Of a stretch of DNA of 64,000 nt, positions 43,927 to 51,504 are shown piece after piece. Source of the stretch: Actinomycetota bacterium (lineage in GTDB: Bacteria; Actinomycetota; Coriobacteriia; Anaerosomatales; SLCP01); NCBI GenBank assembly GCA_037446725.1, contig JBBIIC010000010.1, positions 1,114-65,113 of the forward strand. The letters are read 5' to 3'. The notes under the pieces were generated by a model, which was given only the letters and a program-made list of their open reading frames with translations, did not search any database and had not been told where the DNA came from. Position numbers and translations under genes: made by a program. The first letter of the stretch is position 1. Each line of letters starts with the position of its first letter.

Positions 43927-44277
43927 ATGTCTCTCACGATCGACATTGCCCAGGAGCCGCACCACTGGGTCCTGAGACTCGCGGGGGACCTCGACTACGG
44001 CGAGTGCGCAGCGTTCCGCCTGAGTATCGACCGGATCCTCAAGCACTTGCCGCCAGCCACCATCGTGGACCTCTCCGAGCTCGAGTATCTCGACAGCTCG
44101 GGGCTCGGCCTGCTGCTGAGCCTTTCGAAGGAGTACGGTGCGCAGGGTGGCAGACTCGTCCTGGTCACCAACGAGACCGTCGACAACATCCTGTCGCTCA
44201 CCCGGCTGAACGGGATCTTCTCGACCGCTTCGTCATTGGAAGAAGCGGTCGCAACGGTCTCCGACAAGCCCCTGTAG
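43927..44277 (+). CDS. STAS-domain anti-sigma-factor antagonist (second, divergent copy)
   Basis: Last 116 codons of track ORF 43195..44277, from the ATG at 43927 (MSLTIDIAQEPHHWVLRLAGDLDY...). IVDLSELEYLDSSGLGLL. GAAAGGA upstream. Confidence 0.85.
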   Translation: MSLTIDIAQEPHHWVLRLAGDLDYGECAAFRLSIDRILKHLPPATIVDLSELEYLDSSGLGLLLSLSKEYGAQGGRLVLVTNETVDNILSLTRLNGIFSTASSLEEAVATVSDKPL

Positions 44278-44300
44278 CCCGGATCACCTGCGGAATCGAG

Positions 44301-44328
44301 AAGGGCGGCGCCATCCGGCGCCGCCCTT
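44301..44328. terminator. Bidirectional hairpin between convergent genes (AAGGGCGGCGCC-ATCC-GGCGCCGCCCTT)
   Basis: Perfect 12-bp GC-rich stem with a 4-nt loop, 24 nt after the STAS(+) stop and 21 nt after the TPR(-) stop. No clear U-tract. Confidence 0.6.
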
Positions 44329-44348
44329 CATGCTGTGCGTGTGACCCC

Positions 44349-45011
44349 CTAGGGAGTCGTTGTGGCCTCCCCGGAGGGCGGGGCTGCCTTGATCTCGGCA
44401 AGGAGGTTCTCCGCTGCCGACGCACTGTTGCCCTCAGGCTCCAGTTCAAGGTAGCGCTCGAGATTCGCGATGGCCTTGTCTGGCTGACCAGCGAAGCGGT
44501 AGATGACCCCGGCGTTGAAGTACGCAGGTGCGAAGTCGGGCGAATCGACCTGGACCGTCTCAATCACCTGGATCGCGGCCTGCGTCTGGCCGGAGTAGAA
44601 CAGCGCAACAGCGAAGTCCGTGGCGACGTTCGGGTCACCGGGTTCGATCTGTAGCGCGCGGTCGTACAGCGTCGCGGCGGAAAGCCACATCGGCAGGTCG
44701 TTGCCCGTAGTCGTCCCGACGGTCTGCTGGATCTGCAGCCCCCAGTCGAAATACGTGTTGCCGAGGCCCACCATCGCCGTGTAGCTCGTCGGCTCACTCG
44801 CAAGGGCAGCCGTGTAGGAGTTCACCGCCGGCAGGTGCTCGTTCGCGATCCGCTCGAGGGCCGCTCCCGTCTCAGTTGCACCGCTGGCATCCTGATTGCC
44901 GGCCTCGTTCCCGAGGAACAGCGCGGGGATGATGCTCACGACGAAGGCGAAGGCGACGAAGATGAGGACCGCCTTGACCCAGATCGACGACTGCTTCTTG
45001 TTGATGGCCAC
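44349..45011 (-). CDS. Membrane-anchored TPR-repeat protein
   Basis: 220 aa. N-terminal TM helix (IWVKAVLIFVAFAFVVSIIPALFLG), then TPR-like repeats (LGNTYFDWG, YDRALQIEPGDPNV, YFNAGVIYRFAGQPDKAIANLERYLELEP). Confidence 0.7.
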   Translation of the reverse strand: MAINKKQSSIWVKAVLIFVAFAFVVSIIPALFLGNEAGNQDASGATETGAALERIANEHLPAVNSYTAALASEPTSYTAMVGLGNTYFDWGLQIQQTVGTTTGNDLPMWLSAATLYDRALQIEPGDPNVATDFAVALFYSGQTQAAIQVIETVQVDSPDFAPAYFNAGVIYRFAGQPDKAIANLERYLELEPEGNSASAAENLLAEIKAAPPSGEATTTP

Positions 45012-45014
45012 GCG

Positions 45015-45392
45015 CTACTCGCTCCCGCCCTCAGGCGTCGCGGTCGCCTCGCCGCCGCCCATGCCACCGATGTCGGGATGGCCCTCAGGCATGCCGCCCT
45101 GCATCGCTTCATCGGACAACGGGGGCGCCGGCTGGATTGCGGAAGGCAGCCCACCCGCCGGTGAACCAGCCTCCTGCTGGCCCGTGGGGATGAGGATGCC
45201 GATGATGACGCCGACGAGCAGCGCCACAACGCCGATGAGCCCGGCAACTGTCACCGTCACGCTCTGAGCGCTCGCGGGGGCCACAGCCTTGGGGCGCGGG
45301 GCGGGCGCTGACTGGTGGCCGGAGGCCTGCTTGGCGGCCGGCTTCTCGGCAGCCTGCTCTTCGTCGTCGAAGAAGAAGTCCTGGTCACTCAC
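45015..45392 (-). CDS. Small single-pass membrane protein, unknown function
   Basis: 125 aa. Acidic N-terminus MSDQDFFFDDEEQ, TM helix VTVAGLIGVVALLVGVIIGILI, and an exported Gly/Pro-rich tail with MPEGHPDIGGMGGG. Confidence 0.5.
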   Translation of the reverse strand: MSDQDFFFDDEEQAAEKPAAKQASGHQSAPAPRPKAVAPASAQSVTVTVAGLIGVVALLVGVIIGILIPTGQQEAGSPAGGLPSAIQPAPPLSDEAMQGGMPEGHPDIGGMGGGEATATPEGGSE

Positions 45393-45426
45393 GGGTCGTT
45401 TCCCTTCTACTGTGGCAGGTCGCGCC

Positions 45427-45882
45427 TCAGCAGCCGTTCCGGAATCCGGAGTCGCCGCCGCGGCACCGCGCGATTATAGCACGCACCCTCGGCGCTTCAC
45501 CGGCAACCTCGAAACGCCGGTCGAAGCGTCTGAGAGAGACGAGCGCCAGCGCACCGGCGCCGATCCCGATCACCGCACCGAGCGCGTCGGGTGCGAACTT
45601 CGCCCAGGTCCCAAGCAAGAAGCCAGCCAGATACCCGCCGCCTATCGCCGTCACAGGAACTACATAGATGAGTCCCTGTGCGCGACGGCGCGCGCGCAGC
45701 GGCGTCTCGACCTCGACGGTATCCCCCACACCCGCCCCCTGGTCGTTGAGAGCCCCTTCGAGCAGGCGCTTTCCGCCCACTCCCTCGGCACAGCCGCCAC
45801 ACGCCTCGCACGCCGCGGACGGCTCGATGGCGACGTGAACCATGTCGCCGGTGACGCAGACGACGGTGCCGCGTTCGCGCAC
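45427..45882 (-). CDS. rseC: RseC/MucC-family (SoxR-reducing-system RseC-like) protein
   Basis: 151 aa. N-terminal GTVVCVTGDMVHVAIEPSAACEACGGC motif and two C-terminal TM helices. Confidence 0.75.
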   Translation of the reverse strand: MRERGTVVCVTGDMVHVAIEPSAACEACGGCAEGVGGKRLLEGALNDQGAGVGDTVEVETPLRARRRAQGLIYVVPVTAIGGGYLAGFLLGTWAKFAPDALGAVIGIGAGALALVSLRRFDRRFEVAGEAPRVRAIIARCRGGDSGFRNGC

Positions 45883-45883
45883 C

Positions 45884-47233
45884 CTAAGGCCTCAGCTTGT
45901 CGCGCATCTCTTCGGCGCGAGCCTGGATGCGGTCCATATCGAGAAGGCTCCACCGTCCAGTGTCGTAGAGCACCTGGCCGGCAACCATCGTGAACATCAC
46001 GTTCTCTTGGTTCGCGGTGTGCACGAGCGTGCTGTACGGGTAGAGCGTGGGGATCTGGTGGCTGTGCGAGATGTCCACCGCGATGATGTCGGCGTGCTTG
46101 CCCGGCTCGAGCGACCCGATCCGATCGTCCAGGCCGAGGGCGCGCGCCGCTTCCAGCGTGCCCATCTTGACGAACTGACGGGCGATGAGATGCGGCTCGT
46201 ACCCGGCGACCGAGCGCTGGATGAGCAGCCCTATCCGCATCTCGTCGAACATGTCGAGAGTGTTGCTCGCCGCCGGGGAGTCGGTACCGATGCCGACCCG
46301 AACGCCGCGCTGGAGCAGACTGCCGAGCGGGGCGACGCCCATACCGAGCTTGGCGTTGCACCTCGGACAGTACGCCACCGCGACGTCGTGCGCGGCAAGC
46401 GTCTCGATGTCGGCGTCGTCGACCTGCGTGCAATGCACCGCGAGGATCTGTGGAACGTCGAAAAGACCCCATTGGTCGATGTAGCGTACCGGGCTGACGC
46501 CCGTCGGCAGCCAGCCGAGGTCCGAACTCGAGTAGGTGTCGCGGTAGTCGACCGCCAGGCGCGAGCTTCCGTACTTGACGAAGTCGTACTCGTCCTTGGA
46601 GCCGGCGACGTGCATGGAGACCGGCAGATCATCGGCGATCGCCTTCTCGGCGACCTGGCGGTAGACCTCCGGATGGCAGCTGTACGTCGCGTGGGGGGCG
46701 ATGCCCACGGTCAGGCGGGAGGGGTCGCCGTACTCGCGCCATGCGGCGATGTCCTCGCTGGCTTTCGCCATCACGCCGCTGACCTCACGCTTGTCCATCG
46801 TCGAGACCTCGCGGTAGATCACCGCGCGCAGCCCCGATCCGGCAGCCGCCCGCGCCGAGGCGCCGGTCTCGGTGATGTCGGCGATGGTGGTGATGCCCGA
46901 CCGCAGCGCCTCGGCTGCCCCGAGGTGGGCCGACTCCTCCCAGTCATCGCCATTAAGACGATCCTCGCGGTCGAGAAGCTGCAGTTTCCACTGCGAGTAG
47001 GGCAGGTCGTCCACCAGCCCACGCATCACGGAGTACTCGAGGTGTGTGTGCAGGTCGACCAGCCCCGGCATCAAGACTGCCAGCCCGAAGTCGCGGACCT
47101 CCTCGTCAGGATGTGCAGCCTTGAGCTTCTCGAGCTCGCCGATCTCGACGATGCGGTCGCCCTGAACGAGCACAGCGCCGTCGACGATGTGCGGAGCGGC
47201 TATGGGCAGCACGTACCGGGCAGCGAGTAGCAT
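45884..47233 (-). CDS. Metal-dependent amidohydrolase (MtaD / aminofutalosine-deaminase / chlorohydrolase-like)
   Basis: Track ORF 45884..47266. ATG at 47233 (MLLAARYVLPIAAPHIVDGAVLV...) with GGGGGA upstream. PGLVDLHTHLEYS (HxH), AVHCTQ, and GTDSPASN. The subfamily is not resolvable by eye. Confidence 0.8.
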   Translation of the reverse strand: MLLAARYVLPIAAPHIVDGAVLVQGDRIVEIGELEKLKAAHPDEEVRDFGLAVLMPGLVDLHTHLEYSVMRGLVDDLPYSQWKLQLLDREDRLNGDDWEESAHLGAAEALRSGITTIADITETGASARAAAGSGLRAVIYREVSTMDKREVSGVMAKASEDIAAWREYGDPSRLTVGIAPHATYSCHPEVYRQVAEKAIADDLPVSMHVAGSKDEYDFVKYGSSRLAVDYRDTYSSSDLGWLPTGVSPVRYIDQWGLFDVPQILAVHCTQVDDADIETLAAHDVAVAYCPRCNAKLGMGVAPLGSLLQRGVRVGIGTDSPAASNTLDMFDEMRIGLLIQRSVAGYEPHLIARQFVKMGTLEAARALGLDDRIGSLEPGKHADIIAVDISHSHQIPTLYPYSTLVHTANQENVMFTMVAGQVLYDTGRWSLLDMDRIQARAEEMRDKLRP

Positions 47234-47294
47234 CGACGTCCCCCTGCAGACTAGGTGTGTCGCCATTCTAGCAGCAAGAAGTCAGTCTGAGGGC

Positions 47295-47398
47295 GGCGGG
47301 GAGGGCTGTACGGCGAGTTCTGCAGCACGGAGGGAAGGCGCGGAGCGCCGAGGGCCCCTCCGCGCGAAGCCTGCCTGAGCCGGGCAGCCCTCCCCGCC
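47295..47398. other. Nested inverted-repeat (structured) intergenic element
   Basis: Outer arms GGCGGGGAGGGCTG (47295-47308) / CAGCCCTCCCCGCC (47385-47398). Inner hairpin GCGCGGAG (47338-47345) / CTCCGCGC (47358-47365). It lies between the ubiE stop and the amidohydrolase start. Confidence 0.45.
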
Positions 47399-47411
47399 GA
47401 CCCCCCGCCCG

Positions 47412-48167
47412 CTACTTCACAGCGGTGTGGATGGCGACGATGCCGCCGGTGCGGTCCTCCCAGGAGATCGCGGTGAACCCGGCGGCGCGCAGCTCGGCGG
47501 CAAGCGCGCCCTGCGACGGGAACGAGCGGATCGAGTCGTTGAGGTAGACGAAGGACGCCCGGTCGCGGGTGAGCAGCCCGCCGATGGCGGGGATCACGAC
47601 GCGCAGATAGACGTGGTAGAGCCAGCGCCACGGCGCGAAGGGCGGGCGTGAGAACTCGAGGATCACGTAGCGGCCGCCCGGCCTGAGTACGCGCAGGACC
47701 TCGGCGAGGTTGGCCTCGCGGTCCGGGAGGTTCCGCACCCCGAACGCCACGGTCACAACGTCGAAGGATGAGTCAGGAAACGGCAGGTCCTGCGCATCGG
47801 CTACCGAGAAAGACACCTTGGTGCGCCCCTTGAATCCCCGCGCCTTCTGCTCCGCGACCGCAAGCATCTCGGGCACGAAGTCGGTCCCGACCACCTCGGC
47901 CGGCCGGCCCTGCCGGGCGAGCGCAAGCGAGAGGTCACCCGTGCCGGCACACAGATCGAGTACGCGGCTCGAGGTCTTGAGATTGGCGGCCTGCACGGCA
48001 GCGCGGCGCCACGAGCGGTCGATCCCGAAGCTCGAGAGGATGTTGAACAGGTCGTACTTGTCCGCGATGAGGGAGAAGATGCCCCGGACGCGGTCGGCGG
48101 TGGGCTCACCGGGCGCAGGCGCCGCGGTGCCGCTCACGCCGTCGCGCTCGTCGATCGTGACGGACAT
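47412..48167 (-). CDS. ubiE: Demethylmenaquinone / ubiquinone-type C-methyltransferase (UbiE/MenG family)
   Basis: Track ORF 47412..48257 trimmed to the ATG at 48167 (MSVTIDERDG...). YDLFNILSSFGIDRSWRR and VLDLCAGTGDL (SAM motif I). TGATG overlap with the radical SAM stop. Confidence 0.85.
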   Translation of the reverse strand: MSVTIDERDGVSGTAAPAPGEPTADRVRGIFSLIADKYDLFNILSSFGIDRSWRRAAVQAANLKTSSRVLDLCAGTGDLSLALARQGRPAEVVGTDFVPEMLAVAEQKARGFKGRTKVSFSVADAQDLPFPDSSFDVVTVAFGVRNLPDREANLAEVLRVLRPGGRYVILEFSRPPFAPWRWLYHVYLRVVIPAIGGLLTRDRASFVYLNDSIRSFPSQGALAAELRAAGFTAISWEDRTGGIVAIHTAVK

Positions 48168-49957
48168 CAGGCCTCCGGGGTCTCGCACGCAGGACGGGGC
48201 CCGGGCACGGGGGGCTTCCGGGACCCGAACAGGGTAGCGAGATTCTCCCTCACCCACAACACGACGACATGGTAGACGTGGCGCGCGTGGATGTAGCGCG
48301 GCCAGTTGAGCTCGCTCTTCTCGCAGACGGTCGACTCGCTCAGCCGGTCGACCTCCCCCTTGAGCGCGGCGAGCTTGCGCTCGCGCACCGCGGCATCGGA
48401 CTCGCCCATCACGGAGTCGATGCGCTCCATGGCCTCGCGCGCCTGTAGGATGCGGTCCTCGGTGCGCGAAGCGACCCCGGGCTCGATGAGACCGAGACGG
48501 CCCTTGAGACGGTTGAGGCGCAGGCCCACCTCATACATCGTGTCGACCATCTCGTCTTTGGACAACGCATCGCTCTCGTAGTTCATGATGTACTTCCACG
48601 AGGGCCGCACGAGCAGCTGCCGATGCTCCTCCAGCGTGTCCGCGAGTAGCGTGTAGCCGTACTTCTCCGGGTTGTCATAGACCATCGAGCCCGGATCGAG
48701 GAACGGCGCCATCGGCGAGGAGAAGCACAACAGCCGCTTGTCGTTGTCGACCTGTGCGTAGAGCGATTCGAGGTAGGCGGGTGTCTCGAGCACCGAGGCG
48801 GCCGTTTGGGTCGGGATGCCGGTCATCATGTAAAGGTCGAACCGCGAACAGCCGTTGCGCAGCGCCGCGGCGATCGACTGTTCGACCTGAGCCGTCGTGT
48901 AGTGCGTCTTGCCGAACGCGGCCCGCACGTCGTCGTCGTGCGTCTCGATGCTGATCTCGACCGAGTAGTCGTCGAGGTGCTCGTTCAAGAAGCGGTAGAA
49001 GTCCTCGGCCGGCGGCTTGAAGAACTCGAACCCGATGGGATTGCGCAGGTTGATCTTCGAGAGCCCGCGTATGAACGCGGCGGTGTAGTCCCGTCCGGCC
49101 TGCAGGAAGTCGTTGAGCACGAAGATCGGGCCCGGGATGTACTTCTGGAAGTGCTCGATGTCGCGGACGAGCAGTTCGGGATCTCGGAAGGCGACCCGGT
49201 CGCGCCCGTAATGCGTGCGGAATGAGTACGCCGAGCCCCCGCACGTCACGCAGTTGCGCGTGCATCCGCGGCACGTCAGCGAGGCGCAGACGGGGTACTG
49301 CAGCCAGTCCTTGAACGGCACGAAGCCCATCATGTCGCGGTAGCGGATGACGGCCTTCATGTTGAAGGAGTAGTCGAGCGAGATGTCGTTCATGTCGCCG
49401 GGGACCCACTCGAACGGCGTGCTGTGCACCGAGCCCTGCCGCGTGGTGTAGGTGAGGTTGGGGATGTCGTCAACGCGTCCCTTGGCCTTGAGCGCGTAGA
49501 GCAGCCGCGTCATCGGCTCCTCGGTCGAGTCGCCACGCACCACGTAGTCGACCCACGGGTAGCTCGCCAACTCCTCGTGGAAAAAGCTCGCCGACAGCCC
49601 GCCGAAGATGACCGGCGTGTCGGGGTGGTACTTCTTGCAGATCTTCGCGATCTCGACCGACCCGTGGGCGTGCGGCAGCCAGTGCAGGTCGATGCCGAAG
49701 GCCACCGGGTTCATCTCACGGATGGCCTTCTCGACGTCGAAGCCCGGCTTGTTGAGCATGAGCACCGCGAGGTTGACGATGCGGACCTTCAGTCCGTGGC
49801 GCTCCATGTACTCGGCCATGGTCGTGAAGCCGAGCGGATACATCTCGAAGACAGGGGTCGAGGGCACCATGTCGGACACGGGTCCGAACATGATGGAGCG
49901 CTCTCTAAAGTCATACACGCTCGGTGCATGGAGCAGTACGAGATCGACACGCGACAT
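48167..49957 (-). CDS. Cobalamin-binding-domain (class B) radical SAM protein, function unknown
   Basis: 596 aa. N-terminal B12-binding-like region (VDLVLLHAPSVYDFRERSIMFGPVSDMVPSTPVFEMYPLGFTTMAEYMERHG) and a CX3CX2C cluster CTRNCVTC. GGAGGA lies 10 nt upstream. Confidence 0.8.
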   Translation of the reverse strand: MSRVDLVLLHAPSVYDFRERSIMFGPVSDMVPSTPVFEMYPLGFTTMAEYMERHGLKVRIVNLAVLMLNKPGFDVEKAIREMNPVAFGIDLHWLPHAHGSVEIAKICKKYHPDTPVIFGGLSASFFHEELASYPWVDYVVRGDSTEEPMTRLLYALKAKGRVDDIPNLTYTTRQGSVHSTPFEWVPGDMNDISLDYSFNMKAVIRYRDMMGFVPFKDWLQYPVCASLTCRGCTRNCVTCGGSAYSFRTHYGRDRVAFRDPELLVRDIEHFQKYIPGPIFVLNDFLQAGRDYTAAFIRGLSKINLRNPIGFEFFKPPAEDFYRFLNEHLDDYSVEISIETHDDDVRAAFGKTHYTTAQVEQSIAAALRNGCSRFDLYMMTGIPTQTAASVLETPAYLESLYAQVDNDKRLLCFSSPMAPFLDPGSMVYDNPEKYGYTLLADTLEEHRQLLVRPSWKYIMNYESDALSKDEMVDTMYEVGLRLNRLKGRLGLIEPGVASRTEDRILQAREAMERIDSVMGESDAAVRERKLAALKGEVDRLSESTVCEKSELNWPRYIHARHVYHVVVLWVRENLATLFGSRKPPVPGPRPACETPEA

Positions 49958-50033
49958 GAAGCCAGGTTCCTCCTGTCGTGGTCAGCCGGTCGGGTACCCC
50001 CGGCAGGGTACCGGCCGCGGCCGAACGGCCGAG

Positions 50034-50042
50034 AGTATAGCA
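50034..50042 (-). promoter_or_regulatory. Extended -10-like TGCTATACT upstream of the radical SAM/ubiE pair
   Basis: Minus strand: ccccaTGcTATACTctcgg, about 77 nt upstream of the ATG at 49957. A GGTACCC-N6-GGGTACC hairpin (49994-50013) lies in the putative 5' UTR. Confidence 0.35.
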
Positions 50043-50085
50043 TGGGGCATGCCGGGCCCAGGGCGCACGCGTGGGCATCGGCCCA

Positions 50086-50106
50086 CCGGATGGCTTCGCC
50101 ATCCGG
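50086..50106 (-). terminator. Hairpin CCGGATGGC-N3-GCCATCCGG downstream of the cytochrome genes
   Basis: Perfect 9-bp stem. A second hairpin (TTGTCGG 50160-50166 / CCGACAA 50185-50191) lies nearer the stop at 50223. Neither has a U-tract. Confidence 0.3.
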
Positions 50107-50222
50107 GCCATCGCTCCTGCCCCGGCCGGCCGTGCCCCGGGGTACCGCCGGAACACGCCTTGTCGGCTAGGGCTGTTCCTCCACCCGACAACGCCAGGCA
50201 AGAGCGTGGACCGGTCTTGTGG

Positions 50223-51401
50223 CTACGGCGACACCGATCCGCGCACGTGGCACTCGGCGCAGTACGTCGGCGCATGGCAGTCGAAGCATGCCTGCGCTCC
50301 GGACTCGCGCACCGGATCCATGTGCTGCTGGATCCACGTCCGGGCAGGATCGATCTCACCGTGGTGACAGTCGTTGCAGAAGTCGGCGCCGGGCTGACTT
50401 GCGTGGCACCTCTCGCAGACCTCGGGACGCGTCTTGCCGTCTTCGCCGTGGTCCTCCCCGAAGCCCTCGGGATGCGGCATCTGCACGCCGTGGCAACCGT
50501 CGCAGAACTCGCGCTCGTTGTGGCAGGTCTGGCAGTACCCGACCGCCGCGACGGGCGGCAGGTGCAGGAGCTGCTCTTCCATCGGGGCGTCGGTGTGCGG
50601 CTCCTCGAGGCCCTCACGTGCGGCCGTGTAGGCCGCGTAGTCCTCGTTGGCGAGCGCCGCGTGGCCGCCGCTCTCACCAAACGCCTCGTAGAAGCCCGGC
50701 TCGTCGTGATTAGCAGGCATGAGATCGAAGTCCGCAGGGTGGCATGCCTCGCACTCGCCCGGCGCGACGATGCCGCTCACCGACTCACCGCTTGTCGTAT
50801 GACAGCGGTAGCACGCCGCCATGAGCATGAAGTCCTCGTGCGGCTGGTTGGGCTCCCCGGTGTTGGGGTCGGTCAAAGTGAGTTCGAAGTCCTCTACGTG
50901 TGCGGTCCGGTTGTGGCAGACCGTACAGTGGATCTCGGCCTCCTCGTGTACAGCGTGGTCGATGATGATGCCTTTGCTCGGCGTGACGTTGCGGTTCTCA
51001 AGCCAGTGGCACTGGTTGCACTGCTTCGAGCCCATATGCGCACCGTCGAGCGCGAGATGCGAGCCCTTGTTCAGGGGCAGCTCGAACTTGTTGGTCGCGG
51101 TGAGGTAGAGCTCGCCGAGTGCCTCGGCCTTGTGGAGCAGGAAAGTGACCGGGTCGGCGTTCACCGGCATATGGCACGCCATACACGAGATCTCCGAGTG
51201 CGGCGAGCGATTGTACGCGAGGATAGTGTCGTCCTGAACCTTGTGGCACCCCTCGGCGCAGAACCAGTACGTCGAGGTGACGCCGAGCGCGGCAATCACG
51301 AACGCGGCGAGCCCGATGACCCCCGCGGCGGTCCAGGCGATGTAGCGGGGACGCCTGACCGGATCCGTGTAGCCGGAGAAGAATCCCCTCACGTCTGGCA
51401 T
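50223..51401 (-). CDS. Membrane-anchored dodecahaem cytochrome c with NapC/NirT/NrfH-like N-terminal module
   Basis: 392 aa. One TM helix (YIAWTAAGVIGLAAFVIAALGVTSTYWF) is followed directly by C48AEGCH (CX3CH). There are 11 further CXXCH motifs, at C73, C128, C159, C197, C217, C290, C300, C329, C342, C372 and C381. Confidence 0.9.
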   Translation of the reverse strand: MPDVRGFFSGYTDPVRRPRYIAWTAAGVIGLAAFVIAALGVTSTYWFCAEGCHKVQDDTILAYNRSPHSEISCMACHMPVNADPVTFLLHKAEALGELYLTATNKFELPLNKGSHLALDGAHMGSKQCNQCHWLENRNVTPSKGIIIDHAVHEEAEIHCTVCHNRTAHVEDFELTLTDPNTGEPNQPHEDFMLMAACYRCHTTSGESVSGIVAPGECEACHPADFDLMPANHDEPGFYEAFGESGGHAALANEDYAAYTAAREGLEEPHTDAPMEEQLLHLPPVAAVGYCQTCHNEREFCDGCHGVQMPHPEGFGEDHGEDGKTRPEVCERCHASQPGADFCNDCHHGEIDPARTWIQQHMDPVRESGAQACFDCHAPTYCAECHVRGSVSP

Positions 51402-51504
51402 CCGTGCAATCCCTGTCTCCTCAGCGCGACCACGTACCCCGCTTCACAACCGTATCATGCCACAAGCCCGGGAACCCGGCGGCGAACCCGCGTCATGCGC
51501 CCGC

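Noticed and set aside
43195-44654. Long plus-strand ORFs 43195..44277 (360 aa) and 43758..44654 (298 aa)
   Set aside because: Only the last 116 codons of the first ORF form a real gene (STAS domain with its own RBS at 43927). The remainder overlaps tatA and the minus-strand STAS gene. The second ORF is an alternative frame overlapping the STAS and TPR genes.
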